Source of the DNA: Rickettsiales bacterium
GTDB taxonomy: Bacteria; Pseudomonadota; Alphaproteobacteria; Rickettsiales; UBA1997
Length of the DNA stretch: 64,000 bases
Reading direction: 5' to 3'
Assembly: GCA_005787525.1 (NCBI GenBank)
Contig: SYAR01000005.1
Span: 7,475 to 71,474 of the forward strand
Shown here in pieces: positions 1 to 9,486 of the stretch. The notes under the pieces were generated by a model that was not told where the DNA came from, did no database searches, and saw only the letters and a list, made by a program, of their open reading frames with translations. Position 1 is the first letter of the stretch. Each line of letters begins with the position of its first letter. A program made the position numbers and the translations under genes.

Positions 1-259
1 GAGATAACGTGGAAGCTGTGCCGAGCGACCAATCGATGGCAATAAATAAGAGTAAAAAACTAAAATTGTAAGCAGGTTTAACAAAAAATAAACAAACTTT
101 AAATGACGGTTTTTTATAAAAAATATTTGCGAAAAATTAATTTTATTAAGCATGTTGATTGTGAATAATTTTTTATGTTCAATATATTTTTTATCAATCT
201 TGTTTTTTTATCAAGAACAATGTTAATTATTTTTAATTTAAATAATAAAACATAGTTAT

Positions 260-1105
260 TTATTTCATTCTATATAAAGAATATTGATTGATGGTAAAGC
301 CAATATTAGGTTGGAGGTCATTTTTAAAAATTTGTTGATAATCATATTTTAGTTTAACTAAAAATCTTTCATATTTGTAATCTTTTTCGTTAATGTCATT
401 TGTGGAAATAGTTGTAGTGGTATAGTCAACATCAGCTTCAAGCGGTGGTGTATTGGCGATATAAAATAAAGCCTTTTCAATGGCATTTTTACCTTCGCGT
501 CTTTTGAATTTTATAGAATTAATGGTTATATTTCTTATAACGTTTTTACCAAAAAAATGAATTGGGCTATTTTTATTATCCTTTGACATAATTGCCTGAA
601 AATTTTTATATTCTCTAAATGTTGAATTATTTTTTACGTGACTAAATTTTTTGTTAACATCTTCAATTCTACCTTTTTTAAAATCAAAAGATTCACGATT
701 TTTTATATAATTTACAATTAAATATTTTAAAATTGATTCATCAAAAGTTGTTACTTCTGGATCAAAATTTGGCTCATTTTTTTTGGGTCTAACTTTGATA
801 AGCTTGGTTTCGTAAATTGTTGGATCATTTGGTGGAATAAAAATTACTTGCGAAACCACCAAAGGAAATATTGACTCGCCGATAATTTTTATGGTATAAA
901 GCGTACTAGAAATTATTATAATTATTATGCCAAGTAATGCTCTATCGCAGATTGGAGTAATGTAGCGAAAAATGTACCAATCGCGAGCGTCTTTAAAATA
1001 ATTGCCATTCAAAACGCTTTCTTTAATAAACTCATTATATTCTTTTTTTATCTCATCTTCCTCGAGATAATTTTCATGATTTTGTTTTGAATTTTTATTG
1101 AACAT
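260..1105 (-). CDS. hypothetical single-pass membrane protein (possible VirB8/DotI-like periplasmic domain, unverified)
   Basis: 281-aa ORF with a charged N-terminus, one hydrophobic helix (LLGIIIIIISSTLYTIKII) and a ~200-aa soluble domain. Its start overlaps the upstream gene's stop by 1 nt (TAATG on the minus strand). Confidence 0.5.
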   Translation of the reverse strand: MFNKNSKQNHENYLEEDEIKKEYNEFIKESVLNGNYFKDARDWYIFRYITPICDRALLGIIIIIISSTLYTIKIIGESIFPLVVSQVIFIPPNDPTIYETKLIKVRPKKNEPNFDPEVTTFDESILKYLIVNYIKNRESFDFKKGRIEDVNKKFSHVKNNSTFREYKNFQAIMSKDNKNSPIHFFGKNVIRNITINSIKFKRREGKNAIEKALFYIANTPPLEADVDYTTTTISTNDINEKDYKYERFLVKLKYDYQQIFKNDLQPNIGFTINQYSLYRMK

Positions 1106-1848
1106 TATGAAATTTCTATAATTGCTTTAGCGTTAATGTTAATAATTAAATTTTGCATTTTTAAAAAAACTTCTTCTAAAATATTTTGATCATAACCCCT
1201 AAAAACCAATGAAGTTCCTTCGTCAAAAGGATAGCTTCCGATTGAAATTTCACGATATTGATTTTGTAAATCGGTTAAATCTTTTGCGACTATACTTTCC
1301 GTTAAAGAAATTTTTAATTCACGAGAGATAATTTTACAACCTATTTTTAATTCTTTTTTTGAGGCTTCGAACATTGCTTGAAAAATTTTTGGAATTCCAG
1401 CCATCACAAAAACATTTTCAATTCTAAAGCCGGGAGCTGAAGAAATTGGATTATCAAGAAGCGAAGCCGTTCTAGGTAAAAAAGCCATTTTTAATCGCGC
1501 CTCATTAACATTATTTTCGCCATAATGTTGAATCAAAATTTTATGAGCAATTTCATTTAAAATTAAATCTTGATCGAAAGCTTTAGCAACGCTTAAAGAA
1601 GTTATATCATCATGGGTTGGACCAATGCCGCCACTAGTAAAAACATAATCAAATTTTTTGCGTAATTCATTAAGAGCACAAATAATTTCATTTTCAAAAT
1701 CGCCAACTACCCTCACCTCTCTAAGAGTTATGCCGATTTGCGATAAATTTTTTGCTAAAAAATTAATATTTTGATCGACGGTTCTGCCCGAAAGAATTTC
1801 GTCGCCAATTACTAACAAGCTGGCCGAAACAATGTTATTTTTATTCAT
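1105..1848 (-). CDS. CinA-like molybdopterin-binding (MoCF biosynthesis) domain protein
   Basis: 247 aa. The N-terminus LLVIGDEILSGRTVDQN...FTSGGIGPTHDDIT is typical of the CinA N-terminal/MoaB-MogA-like domain. Confidence 0.75.
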   Translation of the reverse strand: MNKNNIVSASLLVIGDEILSGRTVDQNINFLAKNLSQIGITLREVRVVGDFENEIICALNELRKKFDYVFTSGGIGPTHDDITSLSVAKAFDQDLILNEIAHKILIQHYGENNVNEARLKMAFLPRTASLLDNPISSAPGFRIENVFVMAGIPKIFQAMFEASKKELKIGCKIISRELKISLTESIVAKDLTDLQNQYREISIGSYPFDEGTSLVFRGYDQNILEEVFLKMQNLIININAKAIIEIS

Positions 1849-1870
1849 AATTTAATTAAACTTTTTAATT

Positions 1871-2764
1871 TTATTGCTTTTTTTCATCATAAATTTGATT
1901 AGAATTTTTTAAAGATATTTTTTTAAAATATAAATTATTATTTTCTTGCTCTTCCAAAAAAGATAAATCGAGTAAAAATTTTGATAAATCATCGCGTTTT
2001 CTTGAAGAGGCACAGCCGGTTACCACGGAAAATATACGTTTTTTATTGTTCTTTGCGGAAGAAACTAAATTATATCCCGAAGCATTGGTGTAGCCAGTTT
2101 TCATGCCCTCCGCTCCCTCATATTCATTCAAAACGCGATTGTGAGATTTGATAATTTTATTGTGGAAAACAAATTCTTTCATGGCAAAAAAATAATAAAA
2201 TTCTGGAAAATCTTTTTTTAAATGAATTGCTAAACGAGCAAGATCCAAAGCCGTTGTATATTGTCCTTCTTCATGTAAACCTGAAGCATTTCTAAAGGAC
2301 GTATTAATCATTCCAAGTTCCAAGGCTTTTTTATTCATTTGTCTTACAAAATTCCATTCACTATCTGCAATCGCTTCTGCCAGAACGATCGAAGCCTCAT
2401 TGTAAGATTTGATAATTAAGGACTGAAGCGCTTTTTCTACTGAAATTTTATCGCCACTATCAATGCCCAAGGTATTGACTTTGTTAATCCTGGCAATCTC
2501 TTGGGCTCGATCTGAAAATATTAATTCTTTATGCAAAGTTAATTGATTTTTTTGTAAAGCTTCGAAGGTTAAATAAGCTGTCATCAATTTGACTAAAGAT
2601 GCGGGATAAATTAATTTTTGGGAATTATTTTCAAATAAAATTTTATGCGATTCTTCTTCAACTGAAATTAAGGCTCCATCTTTAGAACAAGTAGATAAAA
2701 CTTGAGATTTTGCCAGCGATTGAAAATTATAGAACAGCAATAAAAATATAATAAAAAATTTCAT
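1871..2764 (-). CDS. D-alanyl-D-alanine carboxypeptidase (peptidase S11, low-MW PBP)
   Basis: Signal peptide plus the three PBP motifs: SxxK (ASLVK), SxN (SYN) and KTG (MKTGYT). Confidence 0.8.
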   Translation of the reverse strand: MKFFIIFLLLFYNFQSLAKSQVLSTCSKDGALISVEEESHKILFENNSQKLIYPASLVKLMTAYLTFEALQKNQLTLHKELIFSDRAQEIARINKVNTLGIDSGDKISVEKALQSLIIKSYNEASIVLAEAIADSEWNFVRQMNKKALELGMINTSFRNASGLHEEGQYTTALDLARLAIHLKKDFPEFYYFFAMKEFVFHNKIIKSHNRVLNEYEGAEGMKTGYTNASGYNLVSSAKNNKKRIFSVVTGCASSRKRDDLSKFLLDLSFLEEQENNNLYFKKISLKNSNQIYDEKKQ

Positions 2765-3936
2765 AATTTTAAGATTTCATTAACCGCCAAATTCATAGGA
2801 TTTTTTATTTTATTTAATCCAAGAATTTCCAAAGAAATATTAGCTTCGTCGATTTGTTTTTGAGCACAATCTTTATTTTCAATAAGTTCTAAAATTTTTT
2901 TAAAAATCAAATTAGCATTACATTTTTCTTGCAAAAGTTCGGGAATAATTTCGCGATTGGCAATCAAATTTAATAAATTGGCATATTTTATTTTAATCAT
3001 TCTTTTTGCAATAAAATGCGTTAAAAAATTTATTTTATAAGCGATGATCAGAGGTATTTTATATAAAGAGATTTCAATGGCATTGGTGCCTGATTTTGCT
3101 AAAGCAAAATCACATGAATAAAGTGCCATTTTTTTATAATTTTGTTGTTCAATTAAAAAATATTCAACGGCAATTTTTTTCGACAATTCTTCCACAATAT
3201 TTTTAGTTTTTTTAACGATTGGAATAACAATTTTTATGTTAGGAATTTTATTTTTTAGAATATTTATAGCTTCAATAAATTCTGGAAAAATTCTTTTAAC
3301 TTCGCCAACTCTACTTCCCGGAGTTAGTAAAATTATTTTATCGTCGGGAGCGATTTTATAAAATTTTCGAAATTCAAAATTGATTTCATTTTTTTTGGAA
3401 AAATCTGGTGCATCATCAATTAATGGATGTCCGATAAATACACTTTTTAAGCCATATTTTTCAAAATAAGGTGGCTCAAAAGGCAAAATAGTGAGAAGTA
3501 AATCATAAAGTTTTGCGATTTTTTGCGCACGCCCTTCGCGATATGCCCAGACTGACGGCGCAATTAAATGAACTTTTTTAATTTTTGTAAATTGCGAAGT
3601 TTTTTTTAGTTTTTTTAGGACTCTAAAACAAAAATCTGGTGCATCGATGGTGATTAAAATATCAGGTTGAAATTCTTGAATTTTTTCAACAACCTGATTG
3701 ATTCTGTTTAATAATTTAGGAATGTGCGGAACGACTTCCAAAAACCCCATCACCGATAAATCTTCGATTGGAAAAATCGATTCAAAACCACAATCTTTCA
3801 TTTGGTGCCCACCAACTCCGCAAAATTCAATTGGCAAATTAGAATTTTTTAATTCACGTATTAACTTAGAGCCGAGAAGGTCTCCCGACGATTCACCCGT
3901 AACAATAAAAATTTTTTTAATCATAAACTTTGCCAA
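2761..3936 (-). CDS. lpxB: lipid-A-disaccharide synthase
   Basis: 391 aa. N-terminal IFIVTGESSGDLLGSKLI is the GT19 signature. It overlaps the downstream gene by 4 nt. Confidence 0.85.
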   Translation of the reverse strand: MAKFMIKKIFIVTGESSGDLLGSKLIRELKNSNLPIEFCGVGGHQMKDCGFESIFPIEDLSVMGFLEVVPHIPKLLNRINQVVEKIQEFQPDILITIDAPDFCFRVLKKLKKTSQFTKIKKVHLIAPSVWAYREGRAQKIAKLYDLLLTILPFEPPYFEKYGLKSVFIGHPLIDDAPDFSKKNEINFEFRKFYKIAPDDKIILLTPGSRVGEVKRIFPEFIEAINILKNKIPNIKIVIPIVKKTKNIVEELSKKIAVEYFLIEQQNYKKMALYSCDFALAKSGTNAIEISLYKIPLIIAYKINFLTHFIAKRMIKIKYANLLNLIANREIIPELLQEKCNANLIFKKILELIENKDCAQKQIDEANISLEILGLNKIKNPMNLAVNEILKL

Positions 3937-4073
3937 ATTATTTTTTTAAATTTATTATGAATGTTGTTTTTAATTTAAGAATTTATTATAAAAATTAATA
4001 AATTTATTGCATTAAATATTATGCGACTAAAATTAAAAATTAAAAACATTATAAATCTTAAATTTTTAAAATT

Positions 4074-5087
4074 ATGACTAGAAAAATTGCCGTTGTTGGT
4101 GCCACTGGAAATGTTGGGCGCGAAATTTTAAATCTCCTTGCCGAAAGAAAATTCCCCGCTGATGAAATCGTCGCTTTAGCTTCGCAAAATTCTGTGGGAA
4201 GAAAAGTTTCCTACGGTAACAAAACTTTAAGTGTTCAAGCTTTAGATAATTATGATTTCACAGGCACTGCGATTGCACTTTTTTCTCCCGGAGGAAAAGT
4301 TTCAGCGATTCACGCCCCAAGAGCTGCCAAAGCTGGTTGCGTTGTCATCGATAACACTTCGCATTTTCGTATGGATGAAGATGTTCCATTGATTGTTCCT
4401 GAAGTTAATCCTGAAGCGATTGCGGGTTATAAAAAAAGCAATATTATCGCTAATCCAAATTGCTCGACAATTCAAATGGTTGTTGCCTTGAAACCACTTC
4501 ATGATATTGCTAAAATTAAAAGAATTGTAGTTGCGACTTATCAAGCGGTGTCGGGAGCGGGCAAAGAAGCCATGGACGAACTTTATAATTCAACTAAAAA
4601 AATTTACGAAAATCAAAATGTTGAACCTTCTAAATTCAGTCGTCGCATCGCTTTTAACGTCATTCCGCAAATTGATGTTTTTATGGAAGATGGCGTTTCT
4701 AAAGAAGAATGGAAGATGAAAGTTGAGACCAAAAAAATTCTTGATCCAAAAATTGAAGTTGAAGCGACTTGCGTTCGCGTTCCTGTATTTAACGCTCATT
4801 CTGAGGCTGTTAATGTTGAGTTTGAAAGTGAAATCACTCCCGACCAAGCTCGTGAAGCTTTGGAAGAAACTGACGGCGTTATCGTCATCGATAATCCGCA
4901 AGAAATGAAATTCGTAACTCCGATTGAAGCTTCGGCAAAAGATCCGGTTTTTGTTTCAAGAATTCGTAAAGATTCTTCCGTTAAATATGGTCTTTCTCTG
5001 TGGGTAGTAGCTGATAATCTTAAGAAGGGAGCGGCACTTAATGCAGTACAAATTGCTGAAATTTTGGTTGAGAAATATGGGTTGTAA
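4074..5087 (+). CDS. asd: aspartate-semialdehyde dehydrogenase
   Basis: 337 aa with the VVGATGNVG Rossmann motif, active-site NPNCSTI and a typical short-form Asd length. All overlapping antisense or off-frame ORFs in the track are shorter and low-complexity. Confidence 0.95.
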   Translation: MTRKIAVVGATGNVGREILNLLAERKFPADEIVALASQNSVGRKVSYGNKTLSVQALDNYDFTGTAIALFSPGGKVSAIHAPRAAKAGCVVIDNTSHFRMDEDVPLIVPEVNPEAIAGYKKSNIIANPNCSTIQMVVALKPLHDIAKIKRIVVATYQAVSGAGKEAMDELYNSTKKIYENQNVEPSKFSRRIAFNVIPQIDVFMEDGVSKEEWKMKVETKKILDPKIEVEATCVRVPVFNAHSEAVNVEFESEITPDQAREALEETDGVIVIDNPQEMKFVTPIEASAKDPVFVSRIRKDSSVKYGLSLWVVADNLKKGAALNAVQIAEILVEKYGL

Positions 5088-5099
5088 TAACCCATATTT
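5073..5099. terminator. hairpin between convergent asd and the pilin-like gene (possible bidirectional terminator)
   Basis: Perfect 11-bp stem aaatatgggtt/aacccatattt with loop gtaat containing the asd stop codon, followed by a T/A-rich tract. Confidence 0.4.
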
Positions 5100-5153
5100 T
5101 AATTATAACTAAATATTTTATATATTTTCAATAAAAATTAAATAGGTATTTTT

Positions 5154-6047
5154 TTAAATCTTAATTGAATATTTTTTACTTAAATATTTGTGAATTGATT
5201 CGATTTCTTGTGTTTCCAATATTTTGTTGTAAATAATTATTTCAGCTAAATATCCATTGTATAAATTGATATTTTCGGTATTGGAGTCAGCGCCGATTCC
5301 AACATCAGAGTTGCTATTTAGCAATACTTTAATTCCGCCCGAATTATCACTTACGGTATTTGAATTGTTGATCATAATTTTTCTTTCCCCATTTTCAAAA
5401 TTGCGACTTGCGAATACAATGTAAGGCGTTGCGATGTTAATTTTATAATTAGAAGTCAAAGTTGTTGAGTTATTTCCAGTAAACATTTTAAAATAACCCG
5501 CGCCAAGAGCCAATGGAATTATATCATTGGCTGTTCCAGGGGTATCGGCGCCAATAATTATTGTATTATTATAAGCTGGTGAATTTGATGCGCCAGCTCC
5601 AAGCGAGTTTGATATTAATACCACGAATAATGAGTAGCTTTCTCCAAATATATTTTTTGCAATATACTTGTCATTGCCTTCAAATAAGATTGTCGGAAGT
5701 GAATTAATTATGTTTGTTTTGTAATTTGCTTTGTTTGATACATTGGCTTGATTTAATTTCCCCCTTTCAATATTTATTGGATTTGAGTCGAACCAATTGG
5801 TGATTTTTGCACCATCGACACTCTCGCTTTTGTCAAAACTTTTTTCTAATGTTGTTTCCCACCAAGCTACTAAACCGTCGATTCTGGGAACTTTGGAGCC
5901 CAAAGTTAAAGATCTTGCTGATGCAACTCTTGAATCAATGTATAAATCGATGCCGTTTGAAATTCCTGAAATTAAAATTCCAATTATTAAAATTACTACA
6001 GAAATTTCTGTAAGAGAAAAAGCTTTCTTTCTATAATCATTAATCAT
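5154..6047 (-). CDS. prepilin-type N-terminal domain protein with LamG/concanavalin-like C-terminal domain
   Basis: The N-terminus KKAFSLTEISVVILIIGIL fits the class III (prepilin) signal: Phe+1, Glu+5, then a hydrophobic helix, with Ala rather than Gly at -1. The C-terminal YNGYLAEIIIYNKILETQEIESIHKYL resembles the LamG_3 terminal strand motif. Confidence 0.65.
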   Translation of the reverse strand: MINDYRKKAFSLTEISVVILIIGILISGISNGIDLYIDSRVASARSLTLGSKVPRIDGLVAWWETTLEKSFDKSESVDGAKITNWFDSNPINIERGKLNQANVSNKANYKTNIINSLPTILFEGNDKYIAKNIFGESYSLFVVLISNSLGAGASNSPAYNNTIIIGADTPGTANDIIPLALGAGYFKMFTGNNSTTLTSNYKINIATPYIVFASRNFENGERKIMINNSNTVSDNSGGIKVLLNSNSDVGIGADSNTENINLYNGYLAEIIIYNKILETQEIESIHKYLSKKYSIKI

Positions 6048-6090
6048 GATTTTTGAGTAATTTTGAATTTACATTTATTATTAAAACAAG

Positions 6091-7056
6091 CTAGATAATC
6101 ATCGTTCCCGCACCACTTTCTGTGAAGATTTCCATTAATAAAATATTATCAACTCCGCCATTTAGAATGTGTGCGTGTGCTACTCCAGCCTCTATAGCGC
6201 TAATACATGTTTCGATTTTCGGAATCATGCCTCCAGTTATAACACCATCGGCAATCATTTGTTTTGCTGTCGCAACATTTAAATGACTTATTAGTTCGCC
6301 ATTTGGAAGCATTACGCCATCAATATCGGAAAGAATAATCAATTTTGAGGCGTTGATGGCGGAAGCGATTGCTCCCGCAACTGTGTCAGCATTTATGTTG
6401 TAGGTTTCGCCATTATCGCCAATTCCAATCGGAGCAATAACTGGAATGATATCGGAATCTTCAAAAATATTTAAGAAATCTGGATCAACATGATAAGGTT
6501 CTCCAACGAAACCAAGATTAAGAATTTTTTCAATATTTGAGTTGGGATCTTTTTTAACTTTGGTGGCTTTTTTAGCGCGGATTAAATTGCCATCCTTGCC
6601 GCAAATACCAATTGCCTTACCTGAAGCTAAATTTATTTCCTTAACAATCATTTTGTTGATTGAGCCAGCTAAAACCATCTCAACGATGTCAACAGTTTCA
6701 GCGTCAGTTACTCTTAAGCCATCAATAAAAGTTGATTTTATGTTGAGTCTTTCCAGCATTTTGCCAATTTGTGGACCACCGCCGTGAACCACGATTGGAT
6801 TGATTCCAACTTGTTTAAGTAAAACTATATTTTTAGCAAAATTTTTTAAATTACTATCCCCGCCCATCGCCGATCCGCCGAATTTTATTACAAAAGTTTC
6901 GCCAGCAAATTTACGCATATAGGGCAAGGCCTCACATAGAATTTCAGCTTTCTTCGCCCACTCCTGCTTGCTACTTTCTTTTTGTAAACTTATTTTCTCC
7001 ATCGGTGTGATTTCGCAAGATTTATTTTTATCGTTAATATTTATGATATTGCTCAT
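6091..7056 (-). CDS. argB: acetylglutamate kinase
   Basis: 321 aa with VIKFGGSAM, VVHGGGPQI and a conserved amino-acid-kinase core. A ~20-30 aa N-terminal extension or a later start is possible. Confidence 0.9.
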   Translation of the reverse strand: MSNIININDKNKSCEITPMEKISLQKESSKQEWAKKAEILCEALPYMRKFAGETFVIKFGGSAMGGDSNLKNFAKNIVLLKQVGINPIVVHGGGPQIGKMLERLNIKSTFIDGLRVTDAETVDIVEMVLAGSINKMIVKEINLASGKAIGICGKDGNLIRAKKATKVKKDPNSNIEKILNLGFVGEPYHVDPDFLNIFEDSDIIPVIAPIGIGDNGETYNINADTVAGAIASAINASKLIILSDIDGVMLPNGELISHLNVATAKQMIADGVITGGMIPKIETCISAIEAGVAHAHILNGGVDNILLMEIFTESGAGTMII

Positions 7057-7110
7057 TTGTTTAAGAATTATAATTAATTTTTACTAAGTAAAAAACATTT
7101 AATTATTCAA

Positions 7111-7731
7111 TCAAGAATTTTTTATAAAATTTTTCATAGAAACGATTTCATAATCGCAAAAATTATTTAAACAATCAATAAATTTTGAAGTTTTTATTGG
7201 CATTATTTGATGTTCATTAACTATTATTTTAGAAATTTTTAGATTTTTATTTTTTATCGATTCTAAGCAACAAAGAGTATGACTTATAGCCCCCAAATAA
7301 TTTGAAGTAACTAATAAAATTGGTAATTTTAAAGCCTGCGCCAGATCTAAAAAAGTAAAATTATTATTAATCGGCGTCATAACTCCGCCAGCACTTTCGA
7401 CTAATAATTTTTTATGATTTTTTTTTGATTCCTCAATATTTTTTAAACAAAAATCTATAATTTTATCTTGAGAAATATTAGCTAAAAAATTAGGGGCAAC
7501 CGGTTTTTTAAAACGCCAAGGTGAAATTTTATCAAGATTATTTTTGTTTATTTGAAGTCCTAAAGCATTTAAAATTCTTTCACTATCAGAAGTTCCGTCG
7601 CCATTGAAACCAGTTATGACTGGCTTTATCGCCAAATAATTGGAATTTTTTTTGCAAAGATTTTCAACTAAAAAAGTTTTGCCGATATCGGTTCCGACAG
7701 CTAAAACTATGAAAGATTGTTCTTGGAGCAT
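7111..7731 (-). CDS. bioD: dethiobiotin synthetase
   Basis: 206 aa with the P-loop-like VGTDIGKT motif and BioD length. Start/stop abuts the upstream gene. Confidence 0.8.
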   Translation of the reverse strand: MLQEQSFIVLAVGTDIGKTFLVENLCKKNSNYLAIKPVITGFNGDGTSDSERILNALGLQINKNNLDKISPWRFKKPVAPNFLANISQDKIIDFCLKNIEESKKNHKKLLVESAGGVMTPINNNFTFLDLAQALKLPILLVTSNYLGAISHTLCCLESIKNKNLKISKIIVNEHQIMPIKTSKFIDCLNNFCDYEIVSMKNFIKNS

Positions 7732-8927
7732 TATTGTAAGTTTGAGAATGTGCTATAAATTGGACCGAACACCGCAACCGCAATCCAAGCAATCATACCA
7801 CCCATCACGATGGTAATTGTTGGTTGAATTAAGGATACAATTCTATCGATAGAATCATTAATTTCTTTGTCATAGAAATATTTAATATTTTTCAAAGATG
7901 ATTCCATGTTACCGCTTTCCTCGCCGACTTTAAACATTCTTACCACTAAGTTTGGAAAGAATTTAGTGGCAGAAATTGAGCCTGAAAGCGATTGACCGTC
8001 AGAAACTTGTTGACGCACGAAGGCAATTCCACTTTTTATCGCCTTATTTTTTAAAGTTACACTTGAAGAGTCCAGGCATTCAAGAACCCCAAGACCACTT
8101 TTGAATGTCATTGAAAAGAATTGACAAAATTTGGCCGATTCGATTTTGGTTATAATTGGTCCGAAAATTGGCATTTTGAGTTTTAAATAATCAATTTTTA
8201 CGTGAAGCTTTGGGAATCTCTCGAGAATTTTAAAAATCGCCCAAATGCTTGGCGGAGTAGTGATAATTATAAACCAATATTCTTGTACAAAATTTGAAAA
8301 TTTTATCAAAGCAATAGTGAGAAAAGGCAAGCCGATATTTTGTGCCGATAAGAATCCCGTAACTTTAGGCACAACAACCGCAGTCATAACCCCGAGAACA
8401 ACAAACATCAAAATTATACCAAATAAAGGACCAAGTATGGCTTTACGAGTTTTTCGACGAATTTCGATATTCCATTTAACGTCATCAATAATATTTGAAA
8501 AAGAATTTGACAAATTACCAGTTTTTTCACCCATCGCAATTAAGCCAATGTAGGTTGGCTTGAATATGTCAGGACGCTTAGCAAGTGATTCAGAAAATAA
8601 ATTACCATTCTTAATCGATTCGTAAATTTCTTGCATCAAATTTTTAATTTTTGAAGAATCTGCCGTTTCTTTTAAATCTTGTATGGAATCAATAATTGAA
8701 ACACCCGCTCTATCTAGCTGTTCAAGGTGAATAAAAATTGTGACCAATTCTGCGCTTTTCAGACCGCTAAATAAAGTGGATCCGCGATTTTTTTCTTCAC
8801 GATAAGAAACTAATTCTAAAGAGCTCGATTTGAGCAAAGACATTAACTCAGATGGATTATCGGCGGCAATTTTACCACTGATATATTTTCCTTCTTGAGT
8901 AATTGCTTTATATTTAAAATTAGCCAT
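7731..8927 (-). CDS. type II secretion / type IV pilus platform protein (GspF/PilC family)
   Basis: 398 aa with two T2SSF-type repeats and three predicted TM segments. The C-terminal IVMGGMIAWIAVAVFGPIY is typical of the family. Confidence 0.85.
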   Translation of the reverse strand: MANFKYKAITQEGKYISGKIAADNPSELMSLLKSSSLELVSYREEKNRGSTLFSGLKSAELVTIFIHLEQLDRAGVSIIDSIQDLKETADSSKIKNLMQEIYESIKNGNLFSESLAKRPDIFKPTYIGLIAMGEKTGNLSNSFSNIIDDVKWNIEIRRKTRKAILGPLFGIILMFVVLGVMTAVVVPKVTGFLSAQNIGLPFLTIALIKFSNFVQEYWFIIITTPPSIWAIFKILERFPKLHVKIDYLKLKMPIFGPIITKIESAKFCQFFSMTFKSGLGVLECLDSSSVTLKNKAIKSGIAFVRQQVSDGQSLSGSISATKFFPNLVVRMFKVGEESGNMESSLKNIKYFYDKEINDSIDRIVSLIQPTITIVMGGMIAWIAVAVFGPIYSTFSNLQ

Positions 8928-8930
8928 TTT

Positions 8931-9485
8931 TTATTTTATTTTATTCATTCTTTTTAAAATCATTTCACGTTTTAAAGAAGAGATTTTGTCAACAAAAGTA
9001 ATACCGTTTAAATGATCAATTTCATGTTGAAGACATGTTGCTGAAATTCCATCAAACTCTTTTACTTGTTTTTTGCCATTAAAGTCAAGATATTTTAATT
9101 TAATCGACTCAGGACGAATCACCTCAGCTCTCGCTCCTGGAAAAGATAAACAACCTTCATTAAAAGATGAATTATTTTTTGAAAATTCAATAATTTCTGG
9201 ATTAATAAAATATTGTGGATTGGGATTTTTAACATGAGCTCCCGAGCACCCTTCTTCGCCATGATGGTGATGATTATGATCATCGATTTCATAATCGACA
9301 TCCATCACTAAAACTCTTTTTAAAACTCCAACCTGAACGCTTGCTAAGCCAATTCCATTTTCTTGATACATGGTTGCAATCATGTTTTTCATAAACTCTC
9401 TTAATTCATCATCAACCTTCTCAACTGGCTTGGAGATTTTTTTAAGCAATGGATCTGGTGCAATAATTAATGGTAAAATTTTCAT
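8931..9485 (-). CDS. def: peptide deformylase with a His-rich insertion
   Basis: Carries the GIGLAS(A)VQVG, EGCLS and HEIDHLNG motifs, with an extra DDHNHHHHGEEGCSGAH segment between motifs 1 and 2. Confidence 0.9.
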   Translation of the reverse strand: MKILPLIIAPDPLLKKISKPVEKVDDELREFMKNMIATMYQENGIGLASVQVGVLKRVLVMDVDYEIDDHNHHHHGEEGCSGAHVKNPNPQYFINPEIIEFSKNNSSFNEGCLSFPGARAEVIRPESIKLKYLDFNGKKQVKEFDGISATCLQHEIDHLNGITFVDKISSLKREMILKRMNKIK

Positions 9486-9486
9486 A

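Noticed and set aside
1-45. The GC-richer first ~45 nt could be the 3' end of a plus-strand CDS (…EITWKLCRATNRWQ-stop) or of an RNA gene.
   Set aside because: The fragment is too short to support any call, and nothing is recognisable.
4302-5095. A cluster of five 60-100-aa ORFs on both strands overlapping asd.
   Set aside because: asd is full-length with canonical motifs. The overlapping ORFs are low-complexity, AT-codon-driven and mutually incompatible. The same applies to the short antisense ORFs inside lpxB, argB, gspF-like, purN, hemF, mraY, cimA-like, ccmC, the purL fragment, ligA, mnmE and the giant ORF.
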